DNA of 64,000 nucleotides. It comes from Candidatus Micrarchaeota archaeon (GTDB lineage: Archaea; Iainarchaeota; Iainarchaeia; Iainarchaeales; JAGVWC01). Shown here piece by piece: positions 9,205 to 19,080 of the stretch (position 1 is its first letter; the number at the start of each line of letters is the position of its first letter). The DNA is taken from positions 14,069-78,068 of the forward strand of contig JAZDJR010000035.1 in NCBI GenBank assembly GCA_043803815.1, given 5' to 3'. The notes beneath the pieces are model-generated. The model worked only from the letters and a program-made list of their open reading frames with translations, was not told the origin of the DNA and searched no databases. The translations under genes and the position numbers were made by a program.

Positions 9205-10688
9205 TTCGAATCCTTCCGGTACTCGAAAATCTTGAGGAAGTGCGGATTTTCGGTTTCAAAGATCAAATTGAGGCGGTCCTTGTTTTGCAGGATAAACGGG
9301 TCAATGGCCGCGCGTTCCTTGTCGATTACGCCTTGGCGAATCGCGCTGTCCGACTGGTTGGAATGCAAGAGCTTCATGACATAAACTGGGCGGTCGGATT
9401 CGTCCGCCACGGCCTTTGGATTGCTCCAATTCGAATCGACTTTATAGTATTGGCGGTTGCTAAAAACGCCTTTTAAAAAATAAATGCAGTCGTCGGACGA
9501 ACCGATGACCAGCGCGTTTTCCGGAGTATTGGCAAACAATTGTTCGCGCACAGTTGCACGTTTTTGCAGCAGGTCCTGATGGGCAAACGACAGCGCTACG
9601 GTTGCCAAAAGCAAAACGATTCCGGCAATCCAAAAAAGGCGGGTGATGAACGCCTCGCGGTTCTTGATTTTTTCAGTCAGGCGGTTCAAATAGTCTCCCA
9701 CCAAAACCGCGTACGGAACAAGCAAAAGTCCGGCGATTGGAATCAAATAGCGCATCCTTCCGGTAAACGTCAAAGGCGAAAAGAATTCAAAGACCGCGAT
9801 ATTGCTGTTTCGGCTGACCAAGTACAAAACAATGAGCGCGGAAAAAAATACTTCAATCCCGAATTTTTTTCTGTTGATAAGCGGCGCCGCCAGCATCAAA
9901 GGATACGCCAAAAGCAGGATGAGTGCAAGCAAAGGAAGATTGGACAGAATCGCTGGATTTTGGTTTGCGACAAAATGAATCGCGTCATATCCGTAGGGGG
10001 TATTCAGCGGACCGCCGTAGAGCGCGGCATTGGCGGCTAAAATAAGTATTCCGACAATTCCGGCGCCTAAAAGCGTCCAAATCAATCGCAAACGGTTCCT
10101 GAACAGCGAAACAACCGCAAAACCCGCAAATAAAAACGCGGCATCGTACCGGACCGCAGTTGCAAGGCCGAAAAAAATGCCGCAAAGCAGTCCGTCTTTT
10201 TTGGTGTTTCCCAAATAAAAAAACAGTCCCGCCAAAGTGCCGGTCAGCACCAATAATTCCGGATACAAGGTGCGGCTGCTCCAAACAAACGCGGGAAAAA
10301 AAAGATACAGGATGGCAAGAGCCGGGTCGGTTTTAAGGCGTTTTAAAATCAGGGCAAAAATGCCGAAATTCAGCAGGTGAACCAAAAGTCCCGCCAAAAA
10401 AAGTCCCGCAAGACCCAAAGGCAAAAACGGAATCAAAAAAAGCGATTTTCCAAGGGGATAGGTGGAACGGTACGAGCCGTTTTGGACGGTTCCTCCGCAA
10501 TAATCCAAAGGATTGGCGTCGAACAGTTTTCCCTGGGACAATAACATCGCGTTTTTGGCGTATTCGTGCTCGTCGATTGCGGTATACATGGGGGGAAAAA
10601 AGAGCAGGTACAGGGCCGAAAAGGCTAAAGCGGCCAAAATCAGTCCTCGGTTTCGGGAAAAAAAATCCCGGGAAAAAACAGGTTTCAT
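9201..10688 (-). CDS. GT-C-fold (PMT/ArnT-like) polytopic membrane glycosyltransferase
   Basis: TM1 followed by IDEHEY (acidic DE motif in the first loop), YPLG, and GLATAVRY, with about 11 TM segments. ATG at 10688 has a GAGGAG RBS. Confidence 0.75.
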   Translation of the reverse strand: MKPVFSRDFFSRNRGLILAALAFSALYLLFFPPMYTAIDEHEYAKNAMLLSQGKLFDANPLDYCGGTVQNGSYRSTYPLGKSLFLIPFLPLGLAGLFLAGLLVHLLNFGIFALILKRLKTDPALAILYLFFPAFVWSSRTLYPELLVLTGTLAGLFFYLGNTKKDGLLCGIFFGLATAVRYDAAFLFAGFAVVSLFRNRLRLIWTLLGAGIVGILILAANAALYGGPLNTPYGYDAIHFVANQNPAILSNLPLLALILLLAYPLMLAAPLINRKKFGIEVFFSALIVLYLVSRNSNIAVFEFFSPLTFTGRMRYLIPIAGLLLVPYAVLVGDYLNRLTEKIKNREAFITRLFWIAGIVLLLATVALSFAHQDLLQKRATVREQLFANTPENALVIGSSDDCIYFLKGVFSNRQYYKVDSNWSNPKAVADESDRPVYVMKLLHSNQSDSAIRQGVIDKERAAIDPFILQNKDRLNLIFETENPHFLKIFEYRKDSK

Positions 10689-10823
10689 CAGACTCCTCGA
10701 CCAGAAGAAATCGGCTTTAAAGCATAAAAAGATATTGGAACAGCAGACACCAAATCCTTTTGCAAATATTTTTGAATGCAACAATCCGCATTAAAACACT
10801 TTACAAACAACCTCGATGTTACG

Positions 10824-11927
10824 ATGCCGGAACGCAAAATTAATGTTGCCGTCGTGACCCCGCGACATGTCCAATGCGGAATCGCGGATTATGCAAAAGC
10901 ACTCGTTGAGGAACTGGAAAAAGACCCGCGCATTTTAGTCCGCGTAATCGAAAACAAGAACATCAACAGCCCGTTTTATTTTTTCAGCCTTGGAAAAACG
11001 GCCGCGGAAAAAGGCGACGTTATCCACGTGCATTTCGAATACGGCTTGTTCGGCCGATTTTTCATCCAGGGGGTATTAGCGCCGTTTTTTTACTGGGGGA
11101 CAGGCCAAAAACCGGTCATTACAACGATGCACGAAGTCATCACGTATTCCTCCTTCAAAATGAAAGTCATCGGCGCGGCGCGTTCAATGGTTGATTCGGT
11201 CATAATCAGTCATTCGGAAAAAATCATCGTCACGACCGAAGAAGCGGAAAAAATTCTGGTCCGCCGTTTCCCTCGAAAAAAACCGGTGCTCATCCCGCTC
11301 GGATTTTACCAGCGGATAAAAACCGTTTCTTCTTTTGCGGCCAAAGAACGCCTCGGACTAGCGGGAAAAAAAATACTGACCTTGTTCGGATTCGTGACGC
11401 GGCACAAAAACTACGAATCGGTCCTGCGGGCCTTGCACGAACTGGGCGATGAATACCACGTCGTTATAATCGGCGAACCCAAGGATGCCAAATACCTGGA
11501 GAAACTCAGGCAATTGGCGACTGATGAAAAGCTGTCAAAGCAGGTGGTATTTGCGGGATACGTTTCTTTGGACGGCCTTAACCGGTATTTTTCGGCCACG
11601 GACCTTTTTTTGTTTCCCTATCGCAATGTCACCGGCTCCGCGGCGTTGTCGTTTGCGTTGAATGCCCAAAAGCCGATTTTGTGCACCAATCTTCCCGAAT
11701 TCAAAAAATTCGAGCACCAAGGCATCTTGAAAACCTATGCAAGCGAAAAAGAACTAGCTGATAAAATCCGCTCCACCATAAAGTGGGAACCAAAAGGGCT
11801 TCGCGAGTATAGGACAAAAAACGGCATCGAATTTTTTGCAAAGGAACACGCTGAACTTTATCTTCGCTGCACAAGCGGCACGAAATCCCAGGAACTCGAT
11901 ACGAAACGCGGCCGAAATAAAAAATAA
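10824..11927 (+). CDS. GT4 glycosyltransferase
   Basis: CGIADY, HVHFEYGLF, LFGFVTRHKNYE and PYRNVTGSAAL. ATG at 10824 preferred (the ORF opens at 10776). Confidence 0.88.
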   Translation: MPERKINVAVVTPRHVQCGIADYAKALVEELEKDPRILVRVIENKNINSPFYFFSLGKTAAEKGDVIHVHFEYGLFGRFFIQGVLAPFFYWGTGQKPVITTMHEVITYSSFKMKVIGAARSMVDSVIISHSEKIIVTTEEAEKILVRRFPRKKPVLIPLGFYQRIKTVSSFAAKERLGLAGKKILTLFGFVTRHKNYESVLRALHELGDEYHVVIIGEPKDAKYLEKLRQLATDEKLSKQVVFAGYVSLDGLNRYFSATDLFLFPYRNVTGSAALSFALNAQKPILCTNLPEFKKFEHQGILKTYASEKELADKIRSTIKWEPKGLREYRTKNGIEFFAKEHAELYLRCTSGTKSQELDTKRGRNKK

Positions 11928-11962
11928 GGACCCAAAAAATAGGTTGGTCCTTTGGTTTGGGG

Positions 11963-13543
11963 TCAATTCCGGATGATAACCTTATGCAGCAGCCATTTGA
12001 CTTTCGCATTCTGGTTTAAGAATTTTTTAAAACTGACCAGAAAAAAGATTTCCAGGTCAAGGCTGAAAAAATTGTGCTTAAAGCGCTGTTTTAGCCATTC
12101 GCCGAGCAGTTTTCGCAAAAACGGGTAATGCGGCGCGTGTTTTTGCCGGGTATAGCTGAAATACAGACTGGCCATGTTTTGCAGGCGGATGACTCGGCCC
12201 GGATTTTTCAGCCAGGGCAGGCTTTTTTCCGATATAAACGTGCTGCTGTCAAGGCTGCTTTTGGCCCACTCAAAAAGCGATTGCGGCTCGTGAAAGCCGC
12301 TTTTTTTGCATTCCTGGTAAAGCGGGGTTCCCGGATACGGGCGAAACAGGCCCGGCCCGAGCAAAACGGATTCGGGATAGATTCCGGCAAGCTGGTCCAT
12401 CAATTGCAGGGTTTGGACCATGTCTTTTTCGGTTTCGCCGGGAATTCCGATCATGAAAAAACAAATCGGGATTATCTGGAATTTTTTGCAGCGATGAACG
12501 GCTTTGATGCTCATGTCGACCGTAATTCCCTTGTTCAGGATTTTTAATACGCGGTCGGAGCCGGATTCGATTCCGATGCGAAGCGATGTCAATCCGCTTT
12601 TTACGTATCGCTGCAGGTGCTGGTCGGTCAAAAAATTCGGCCGCACCAAATTGTCGGCGCGGATATCGGCTTCCCAGGTCAGCTTGAATTTTTTCGCTTT
12701 CAAATTGTCCACGATGGCGTCAACGCGCTCCAGGTTTCCGAAGAAAAAATCGTCCACGAACCAGATGTGGTCGATGTTGTGTTTGGAAACCAATTCGTTG
12801 ATGGCCGCGTTTACCTTTTCGGCGCTTAGCGGCCGCCATCGCTTGAACGCAAACATAGTGTTGGTGCAAAAGCTGCAGGCATACGGACAGCCGCGGCTTG
12901 AGGAAATATCGAGCACGATTGCTTTTCGCTCTTTTTTGGTTTTTTCGTCATACAACGGGCGCACCAGGTATTTTTCCAAATCCAAAAGCGAATAATCGGG
13001 CTTGGCCATGTCTTTTTCTTCGACCGGGGCGGATAGCCCGCCGTTGACAATGCCGGATTTTTTTTTGTACAATAGGCCCGGCGTTTTTTTCAGGCTTTTT
13101 TTCGACTGCAAAAATCCCAAAAGGCTGGCCATGGCCAGTTCGCCTTCTCCGGCAATGACAAAATCGATGTTCGGGTCTTTTAGGGTCTGTTCGGGAAACA
13201 AGGTGGGGTGCATTCCGCCCCAAACGATTTTCTTTTGTGGAAATCGTTTTCTCAGTTTTTTGGTCCACAAATAGGCATGTTTGAGGTCGGGGGTCATGAC
13301 GGAAAAGGCAATCAGCCGGGCATCCTTACATTCCCTGCACAGACGCAAAAAGCCTTCCTTTTTGGGGTATACGCGGCAATCGAACAATTTGACGTTATAC
13401 CCTTTTTCTTTTAAGTAACTGCCCAAAGCAAGTGTTCCGATTGGAACACACTTATAGTCGGCCAGTACTTCGAAATCGGCGCCGGGAAAATCCGGCATGA
13501 CGGAAGGCGTGATAAGGATGATGTCGGTTTTTGGTTTTTCCAT
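11963..13543 (-). CDS. Cobalamin-binding radical SAM enzyme #2
   Basis: PIGTLALGSYL, WGGMHPT, GEGE, SRGCPYACSFC, FVDDFF and GIESGS. Confidence 0.92.
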   Translation of the reverse strand: MEKPKTDIILITPSVMPDFPGADFEVLADYKCVPIGTLALGSYLKEKGYNVKLFDCRVYPKKEGFLRLCRECKDARLIAFSVMTPDLKHAYLWTKKLRKRFPQKKIVWGGMHPTLFPEQTLKDPNIDFVIAGEGELAMASLLGFLQSKKSLKKTPGLLYKKKSGIVNGGLSAPVEEKDMAKPDYSLLDLEKYLVRPLYDEKTKKERKAIVLDISSSRGCPYACSFCTNTMFAFKRWRPLSAEKVNAAINELVSKHNIDHIWFVDDFFFGNLERVDAIVDNLKAKKFKLTWEADIRADNLVRPNFLTDQHLQRYVKSGLTSLRIGIESGSDRVLKILNKGITVDMSIKAVHRCKKFQIIPICFFMIGIPGETEKDMVQTLQLMDQLAGIYPESVLLGPGLFRPYPGTPLYQECKKSGFHEPQSLFEWAKSSLDSSTFISEKSLPWLKNPGRVIRLQNMASLYFSYTRQKHAPHYPFLRKLLGEWLKQRFKHNFFSLDLEIFFLVSFKKFLNQNAKVKWLLHKVIIRN

Positions 13544-13676
13544 CGAAAATCATTTTAGTTTGTATCAATATCCGACCTTACACCAACAATTTTATATTCA
13601 AATTGTGGAGGTAAGACGACCGCCCGACCTCGATTGAACCGCAAACCATTAAAGCCTTTCAAGCCGCCAATTAGTA

Positions 13677-14828
13677 ATGAAAATCGTCGTGGTCGGCCCG
13701 ATTTTTCCTTTTCGCGGAGGAATCGCGCATTCCAACCGCCTGCTCTGCGAAGCGCTTTTGCAAAACCATGACGTGACCTGCGTCTCGTTTTCGCGGTTAT
13801 ACCCGCGGATATTGTTTCCGGGAAAAAGCCAAAAAGAAGCGGGATTGGACGAATCGTTTCAAGTTCCAACCGAATACATTTTGGACTCCGTCAATCCTCT
13901 GTCATGGAATGCAACCGCCAAACGAATCGTGGAAAAAAAACCCGACTGGGTGGTGTTTCACTGGTGGCATACGGGTTTTGCGCCGTGCTACCGGCAATTG
14001 GCCCAATACGTCAAAAAAAATTCAAGGGCCAAAATTTCGGTGCTTTGCCACAATTTTTTGCCGCACGATGCCGCCCACGGACTGCACCGTTTTTTTGCAA
14101 AACCTTTTTTCAAGTATGCGGACTGTCTGGCCGCTTTTTCCAGCAGCGTAGAAACCGAACTTAAAAAAGAATTCCCAAAAAAGCCGTCGGGATGGTTTAT
14201 CGAGCCGTCTTACGACAAGGCGATTGCAAGGACCAAAACGATTTCCCGTTCCTTGGCCAGAAAAAAACTGGGAATAACCGACGCCCATGTCCTGCTTTTT
14301 TTCGGCTTTATCCGGCATTACAAGGGACTGGATTTTTTGCTGGAAGCGGTAGCCCAATCGGCCAAAAAAAGAAAGGTTACCTTGCTGGTGGCCGGCGAAT
14401 TCTGGGAAGACAAAACGCGCTATGAAAAAAAAATCGGCGAACTTGGAATCGAAAAAAACGTTCGGATTTTTGACGATTATATTCCTTCCGAACAGGTGCC
14501 GGTTTTTTTTGCTGCCGCGGACGCGCTGGTATTGCCGTATGTTTCCTCGACCAATTCCGCAGTTTTAAAAATGGCGTTCGGCTTTCAGACCCCCGTAATC
14601 GCAACAGCCCTTGCCGCGCACCAAGACGTCATAAAAGACGGGCAGACGGGACTTTTGGTCAAACCGAAGGATTCCAAGAGCCTGGCCAATGCCATTGATT
14701 TGTTTTTTGAAAAAAAAATGGCGGAAAAAATGCGCAACAACATGAAAAAGCAAAAAGGCCTGTTTGACTGGACAATAGCAAAAGAAAAGATTCTTTTTAA
14801 TTCCGGCAAAAGCGGGAATGACCTGTGA
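13677..14828 (+). CDS. GT4 glycosyltransferase
   Basis: GPIFPFRGGIAH, FFGFIRHYKGL and LPYVSSTNSAV. Confidence 0.92.
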   Translation: MKIVVVGPIFPFRGGIAHSNRLLCEALLQNHDVTCVSFSRLYPRILFPGKSQKEAGLDESFQVPTEYILDSVNPLSWNATAKRIVEKKPDWVVFHWWHTGFAPCYRQLAQYVKKNSRAKISVLCHNFLPHDAAHGLHRFFAKPFFKYADCLAAFSSSVETELKKEFPKKPSGWFIEPSYDKAIARTKTISRSLARKKLGITDAHVLLFFGFIRHYKGLDFLLEAVAQSAKKRKVTLLVAGEFWEDKTRYEKKIGELGIEKNVRIFDDYIPSEQVPVFFAAADALVLPYVSSTNSAVLKMAFGFQTPVIATALAAHQDVIKDGQTGLLVKPKDSKSLANAIDLFFEKKMAEKMRNNMKKQKGLFDWTIAKEKILFNSGKSGNDL

Positions 14829-14841
14829 ATCCAAAACAGCC

Positions 14842-15387
14842 TTAATTTTTTTTCTTTCCGACAATGACCTGATTTAAGCCGAGGAAAAAAAGCGATTTAT
14901 GCTCGATTTCAAAACCGTTTTTTAAAAGCAAGGCGGAAAGTTCGGACAGGGTAAAAATGTGAAAATGGTCGTCCTTTGCATCCGTTGAAGCGACATCCAG
15001 GCCGGAAAAAAAACGATGCACCTTGTCGCCGGCCGGGGTTGGGGTCGTCAGGACCAAGCGTCCGCCCGGCACCAGGGACTTGGAAAGGTTTTGGATCAGG
15101 CGGTCATATTCGTGGACATGCTCGATGACGGCCAAAAGGCAGACGGAGTCGAACAATCCGAGGTCGGACAAATCGTCAAGCCCGCTGGCCTGGTAAAATG
15201 TAAAATCGGGGTGGACTGCGGGCTTGGGGTCGATTCCCACGTAATGCGTGTTTGCGGGCAAAAACCGGCGAAAATTTCCCTCGTTGCTTCCAACGTCAAG
15301 GACTCGCGGGCCGCGAACCCACGGTTTTGCGGCGTTGATGCGCTGGCGTTGTAAAAAAACACTTAGCTTGCCTTGTCTTTTGCTCAT
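14842..15387 (-). CDS. Class I SAM-dependent methyltransferase
   Basis: VLDVGSNEG, GID, FDSVCLLAVIEH and PGGRLVLTTP. Confidence 0.88.
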   Translation of the reverse strand: MSKRQGKLSVFLQRQRINAAKPWVRGPRVLDVGSNEGNFRRFLPANTHYVGIDPKPAVHPDFTFYQASGLDDLSDLGLFDSVCLLAVIEHVHEYDRLIQNLSKSLVPGGRLVLTTPTPAGDKVHRFFSGLDVASTDAKDDHFHIFTLSELSALLLKNGFEIEHKSLFFLGLNQVIVGKKKN

Positions 15388-15410
15388 GAAAAAATACCCG
15401 GTGAAAACAC

Positions 15411-15418
15411 TTTAAATA
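15411..15418. promoter_or_regulatory. Bidirectional archaeal TATA box (TTTAAATA) between divergent leaderless genes
   Basis: A single AT box about 24 nt from the minus-strand ATG (15387) and about 22 nt from the plus-strand ATG (15440), with purine-rich GAAAA upstream. Confidence 0.55.
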
Positions 15419-15439
15419 GTTGGGAACCGTTCTAGTAGC

Positions 15440-15937
15440 ATGGTTTCTAAAAAAAACCTTCTTTCGGGTGTCCGGGTTATTCCGCTGTCCGACCATTCCG
15501 ATAAACGCGGCTTTTTCAGGGAAATCGCCAAAAAATCGTGGAAAATGCCGGACATTCGCCAGGTTTCGGTTTCGGAAACCAAAAGCGGAATAATCAAGGC
15601 GTTTCACTGGCACGAACGCCAAGGCGACGCATGGCATTTGCTGAAAGGAAAATTAATCGTAAGCCTGCATGACCTGCGCAAAACATCCAGGGATTTTGGC
15701 CGGACGATTTCTTTTGAATGGGACGCAAAAAAAACCGCTTGCCTTTTATTAATCCCCAAAAAAGTCTGCCACGGCTACAAAGCAGTCGGTCCAAAAAACG
15801 CGCTGATGCTTTACATGATGGACCGCGAGTACAACCCGAAAAAGCCGGACGAAAAAAGAATTCCGTTTGACGACCCCAAAATCGGCATGAACTGGAAAGG
15901 CCAGCCGAAAATGTCGATTAACGATTTTATGCCCTGA
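15440..15937 (+). CDS. rmlC: dTDP-4-dehydrorhamnose 3,5-epimerase family (cupin)
   Basis: DKRGFFRE, GIIKAFHWH, DLRKTS and IPKKVCHGY motifs. Confidence 0.85.
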   Translation: MVSKKNLLSGVRVIPLSDHSDKRGFFREIAKKSWKMPDIRQVSVSETKSGIIKAFHWHERQGDAWHLLKGKLIVSLHDLRKTSRDFGRTISFEWDAKKTACLLLIPKKVCHGYKAVGPKNALMLYMMDREYNPKKPDEKRIPFDDPKIGMNWKGQPKMSINDFMP

Positions 15938-16802
15938 TTTTTTTTTTGGTTTCAATCAGGCCTTCGGGAAAAGTTTCCAGTTTAAAGCCGAGTTTTTTGG
16001 CCTTGGAAACGTTAAGCGAAGTGTCAAGGGGACGGAAAGCGTCGAGTTTGACTTCCGAACTTTTTGTTTTTTTGACGAGCGATTCGTCAAAACCGAACAC
16101 CTTTGCGATTTGCAGGGCGGCGTCATACATAGAAATGCGGCTGTCCCCTGCCAGATTCAAATGGCCGGTTGTTTTTTGGCTTACTAAGCGGGGAAAATTG
16201 TCGACCAGGTTTTCAACGCGGGTCGGCGAACGAATCAGGTCGGCAAAGGCGTTGACGGGCCGGTTGTTGGACAGTTTTTCGATGACTTGTCCCAAAAACT
16301 TTTTGGTGCTGGCTTTCGCGCTGTACGGGGTGGCCGTTCGGACAATGCAATTGCTTTTCAGGGTTGAAACGATTTTTTCGGCCTGCAATTTGGTTTGGCC
16401 GTACACGTTCACGGGATTGGTCTTGTCGTTTTCGGAATAATTCCCTTTTTTTCCGTCAAACACGAATTCCGTTGAAATAAATATCAGGTGCGGCTGGAAT
16501 TTTTGGCAGGCATCCACGATGTTTTGGGTCCCGGTCACGTGCACCAGGCGCGCCAATTTCGGGTCCCGTTCGCACAAGTCGACATCCGTTAAGGCCGCCA
16601 GATGAATAACGCAATCGGGCCGATGCTCCTTGAAAAAAAGGGTTACGTCTTTGGCTTTTGTGATGTCCAAAGGCAAAAGTCCGGACTTTGGGGTGGAGCG
16701 GTAGGTTCCGGTCGCATCAAATTCGGATGAAAGGCGCTTGTACAGAGGCTCCCCGATTAATCCGCCGGCGCCGATTACGGCAATTTGCGGTTTTTTGCTC
16801 AT
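15927..16802 (-). CDS. rmlD: dTDP-4-dehydrorhamnose reductase
   Basis: GAGGLIG, HLAALTDVDLCE, ISTEFVFDG and PVNVYGQTK. Confidence 0.88.
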   Translation of the reverse strand: MSKKPQIAVIGAGGLIGEPLYKRLSSEFDATGTYRSTPKSGLLPLDITKAKDVTLFFKEHRPDCVIHLAALTDVDLCERDPKLARLVHVTGTQNIVDACQKFQPHLIFISTEFVFDGKKGNYSENDKTNPVNVYGQTKLQAEKIVSTLKSNCIVRTATPYSAKASTKKFLGQVIEKLSNNRPVNAFADLIRSPTRVENLVDNFPRLVSQKTTGHLNLAGDSRISMYDAALQIAKVFGFDESLVKKTKSSEVKLDAFRPLDTSLNVSKAKKLGFKLETFPEGLIETKKKIRA

Positions 16803-18052
16803 AAATCGTTCACGCCGGAAATGACACGCACTTTGGGAATCGGAACGATGTATTTTCCCCCGCGCTTTTCATGTTCCTTGGTCTTGTCCATGATTTCCTT
16901 GGCAAAATTCCACGCCAAAATAACCAGATAATCGGGTTTTCGCTTTTCGAGTTCCGCATAGCCGAAAATGGGAATGTGGTTTCCGGGATACAGCTTGTTC
17001 TGCTTTTCGGGGGTCTCGTCGATGATAAAGTCGATGAAGTCGGAACTGACGCCGCAATAATTCAGCATGGTGTTTCCTTTCGCGGACGCTCCGTACGCGG
17101 CAATGGACTTGTGCTCTTTTTTGATTTTGGACAATAGCTGCAGCAAATCGATTTTCAGGTCCAAAAGCTGGTTTACGAAATTAAAATAGCTTTGGATGGA
17201 ATGCAGGCCTTCTTTTTGTTCGCGCTCCAAAAAATCCGCAATGCGGGCTTTCTGGTTTGCAAGTCCCTTGTTTTCCTTTTTGGTGACGAACACGCGGATG
17301 GTTCCGCCGTGAATCGGCATTTCCTGAACGTCCGCCAGTTCCATTCCTTCCTGTTCAAACAGGTGCAAAAGCGGCTTGACCAGAAAATAGGACAGGTGTT
17401 CGTGGTAAATCGTGTCGAACTCGTTTTTCTTGATGAGGTTAAGCGCGTACGGGCATTCGATGATGAATACGCCTTCGTCCGCCAAAATCAATTTGACGTT
17501 TTGGACAAAGCTTTTGACGTCGTGCACGTGCGCAAAAACATTGGTTGCGGTGATGACGTCGGGAGCACCGTATTTTTGCAGGATTTTTTTGGCTACGACT
17601 TCGTCCCAAAAATAAGGCAGGGTTTCGATTCCTTCCGCGTTGGCCATTTCGGCCAGGTTCTTGGCGGGTTCGACCCCCAAGACGCGAAAGCCTTTTTTCT
17701 TGTATTCGCGGAGCATGCAACCGTCGTTGGAAGCGATATCCACGACAAACAAATTCGGTTTTTTGAGGTAGCCTTTGACCTGTTCGGCCATGTCCGCGCA
17801 GTGCTTTTGGAAAGTCTTGGAAATAGACGAGTGGTAGGCGTAATTCGAAAACATGACCACGGGGTCGACCACGATGCTTAACTGCGAAAGGCTGCAGTTC
17901 TCGCAGAACAGGACTTCCAAAGGAAAACCGAATTCGTTGTCTTTTGATTTGGGGTCGACGTAGGAATTGGCCAGCGGCATCATGCCCAAATGGAAATATT
18001 TGGTCAGTTTTTTGGAGCCGCAAATCCGGCATTCCTCGATTGACTGATACAT
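16799..18052 (-). CDS. NDP-hexose C-methyltransferase #1 (TylC3/TcaB9-like, Zn-binding)
   Basis: CRICG...CENC zinc site, DIASNDG, FDTIYHEHLSYF, HGG, YGASAKG and LAWNF. Confidence 0.92.
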   Translation of the reverse strand: MYQSIEECRICGSKKLTKYFHLGMMPLANSYVDPKSKDNEFGFPLEVLFCENCSLSQLSIVVDPVVMFSNYAYHSSISKTFQKHCADMAEQVKGYLKKPNLFVVDIASNDGCMLREYKKKGFRVLGVEPAKNLAEMANAEGIETLPYFWDEVVAKKILQKYGAPDVITATNVFAHVHDVKSFVQNVKLILADEGVFIIECPYALNLIKKNEFDTIYHEHLSYFLVKPLLHLFEQEGMELADVQEMPIHGGTIRVFVTKKENKGLANQKARIADFLEREQKEGLHSIQSYFNFVNQLLDLKIDLLQLLSKIKKEHKSIAAYGASAKGNTMLNYCGVSSDFIDFIIDETPEKQNKLYPGNHIPIFGYAELEKRKPDYLVILAWNFAKEIMDKTKEHEKRGGKYIVPIPKVRVISGVNDL

Positions 18053-18124
18053 AACAATTCCTTTTGTTTGAATGAAAAAACCGATGGTATCGGCAAATAT
18101 AGGGTATTTTTATCCAAAAACGGT

Positions 18125-19069
18125 TTAAAAATTGACCGAAACCGGCTTTTTTTTGGCCAGCACCTGAATCGTGTCGCCAAAGCCGAAAAAGGAAAAAATA
18201 TAGGCGAATGCCACGCAAAGGGGAACCAGCACCGGCAGGAACACAACGGTCAGGACCAAGCGAAGCCAATACCGCGGATTTTTTTTCATCGGCTGGCGTT
18301 TGATTAAATGATGCAAAAAATTGTATTCAAAGCCGAGTCCGTTGTACAGGGACTGGAGCAGGCCGAAAGGATTGAATTCAAACGAGTAGTGCGAGATTTT
18401 TTCCACTACAAACCCGTTTTTTCCAAGCAGCAGGGAAAGGCTTTTGGGGGAAAAGTGGTTTTGGTGGCGCGGCGCGTCCAGATGAAACCAGTTGCACTTG
18501 AAAAGTTTGAAACTGGCACTTTGGATATTGGGAACCGCGATAAAAATCCGGCCGTTTTTGGCCAGCAGCTTGCGGCTGACGGCAAGTTCGTCGGACGGAA
18601 AAGGAACATGCTCGAGCACGTGCCAAAACGTAATCAGGTCAAACGACTCCGCGGGAAAAGAAATTTCCGGCAGGTTCCCGTATTTTACTTGGATTCCTTT
18701 TTTGGTTAGTTCCTGCAAAAACTGTTTTGAGGAAGCGGATACTTCACTTCCGCTGCATTTCCAATCTTTTTTTTGCATGGTTTCCAAAAAATGCCCCGAA
18801 CCGCAGCCTACATCGAGCAAGCGCCCCGGTTTCAGGCCGTTGAAAAAATTGGGGCGCAAGGACTGGATGATTTTCAGAATAAACGAGGGCTTATTGTAGT
18901 ATTCCTGGAAATAATACGGGGCCATTTGCTTTGGCGTCGGCTGCGGCCGCACAAAAACCGCAAAGCAGGATTCGCATTCGAACAGTTCGACGGCCTTTGA
19001 AGGAAAATCCATGTCGCGGCATTTCAGCAGCAACCGCTCTTTTTTTGCACCGCACACTTTGCAGACCAA
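18125..19069 (-). CDS. Class I SAM-dependent methyltransferase with N-terminal Zn-ribbon
   Basis: CKVCG...CESC, LLDVGCGSG, FDLITFWHVLEH and DAPRH. Confidence 0.9.
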   Translation of the reverse strand: MVCKVCGAKKERLLLKCRDMDFPSKAVELFECESCFAVFVRPQPTPKQMAPYYFQEYYNKPSFILKIIQSLRPNFFNGLKPGRLLDVGCGSGHFLETMQKKDWKCSGSEVSASSKQFLQELTKKGIQVKYGNLPEISFPAESFDLITFWHVLEHVPFPSDELAVSRKLLAKNGRIFIAVPNIQSASFKLFKCNWFHLDAPRHQNHFSPKSLSLLLGKNGFVVEKISHYSFEFNPFGLLQSLYNGLGFEYNFLHHLIKRQPMKKNPRYWLRLVLTVVFLPVLVPLCVAFAYIFSFFGFGDTIQVLAKKKPVSVNF

Positions 19070-19080
19070 TTTCGCACAAC

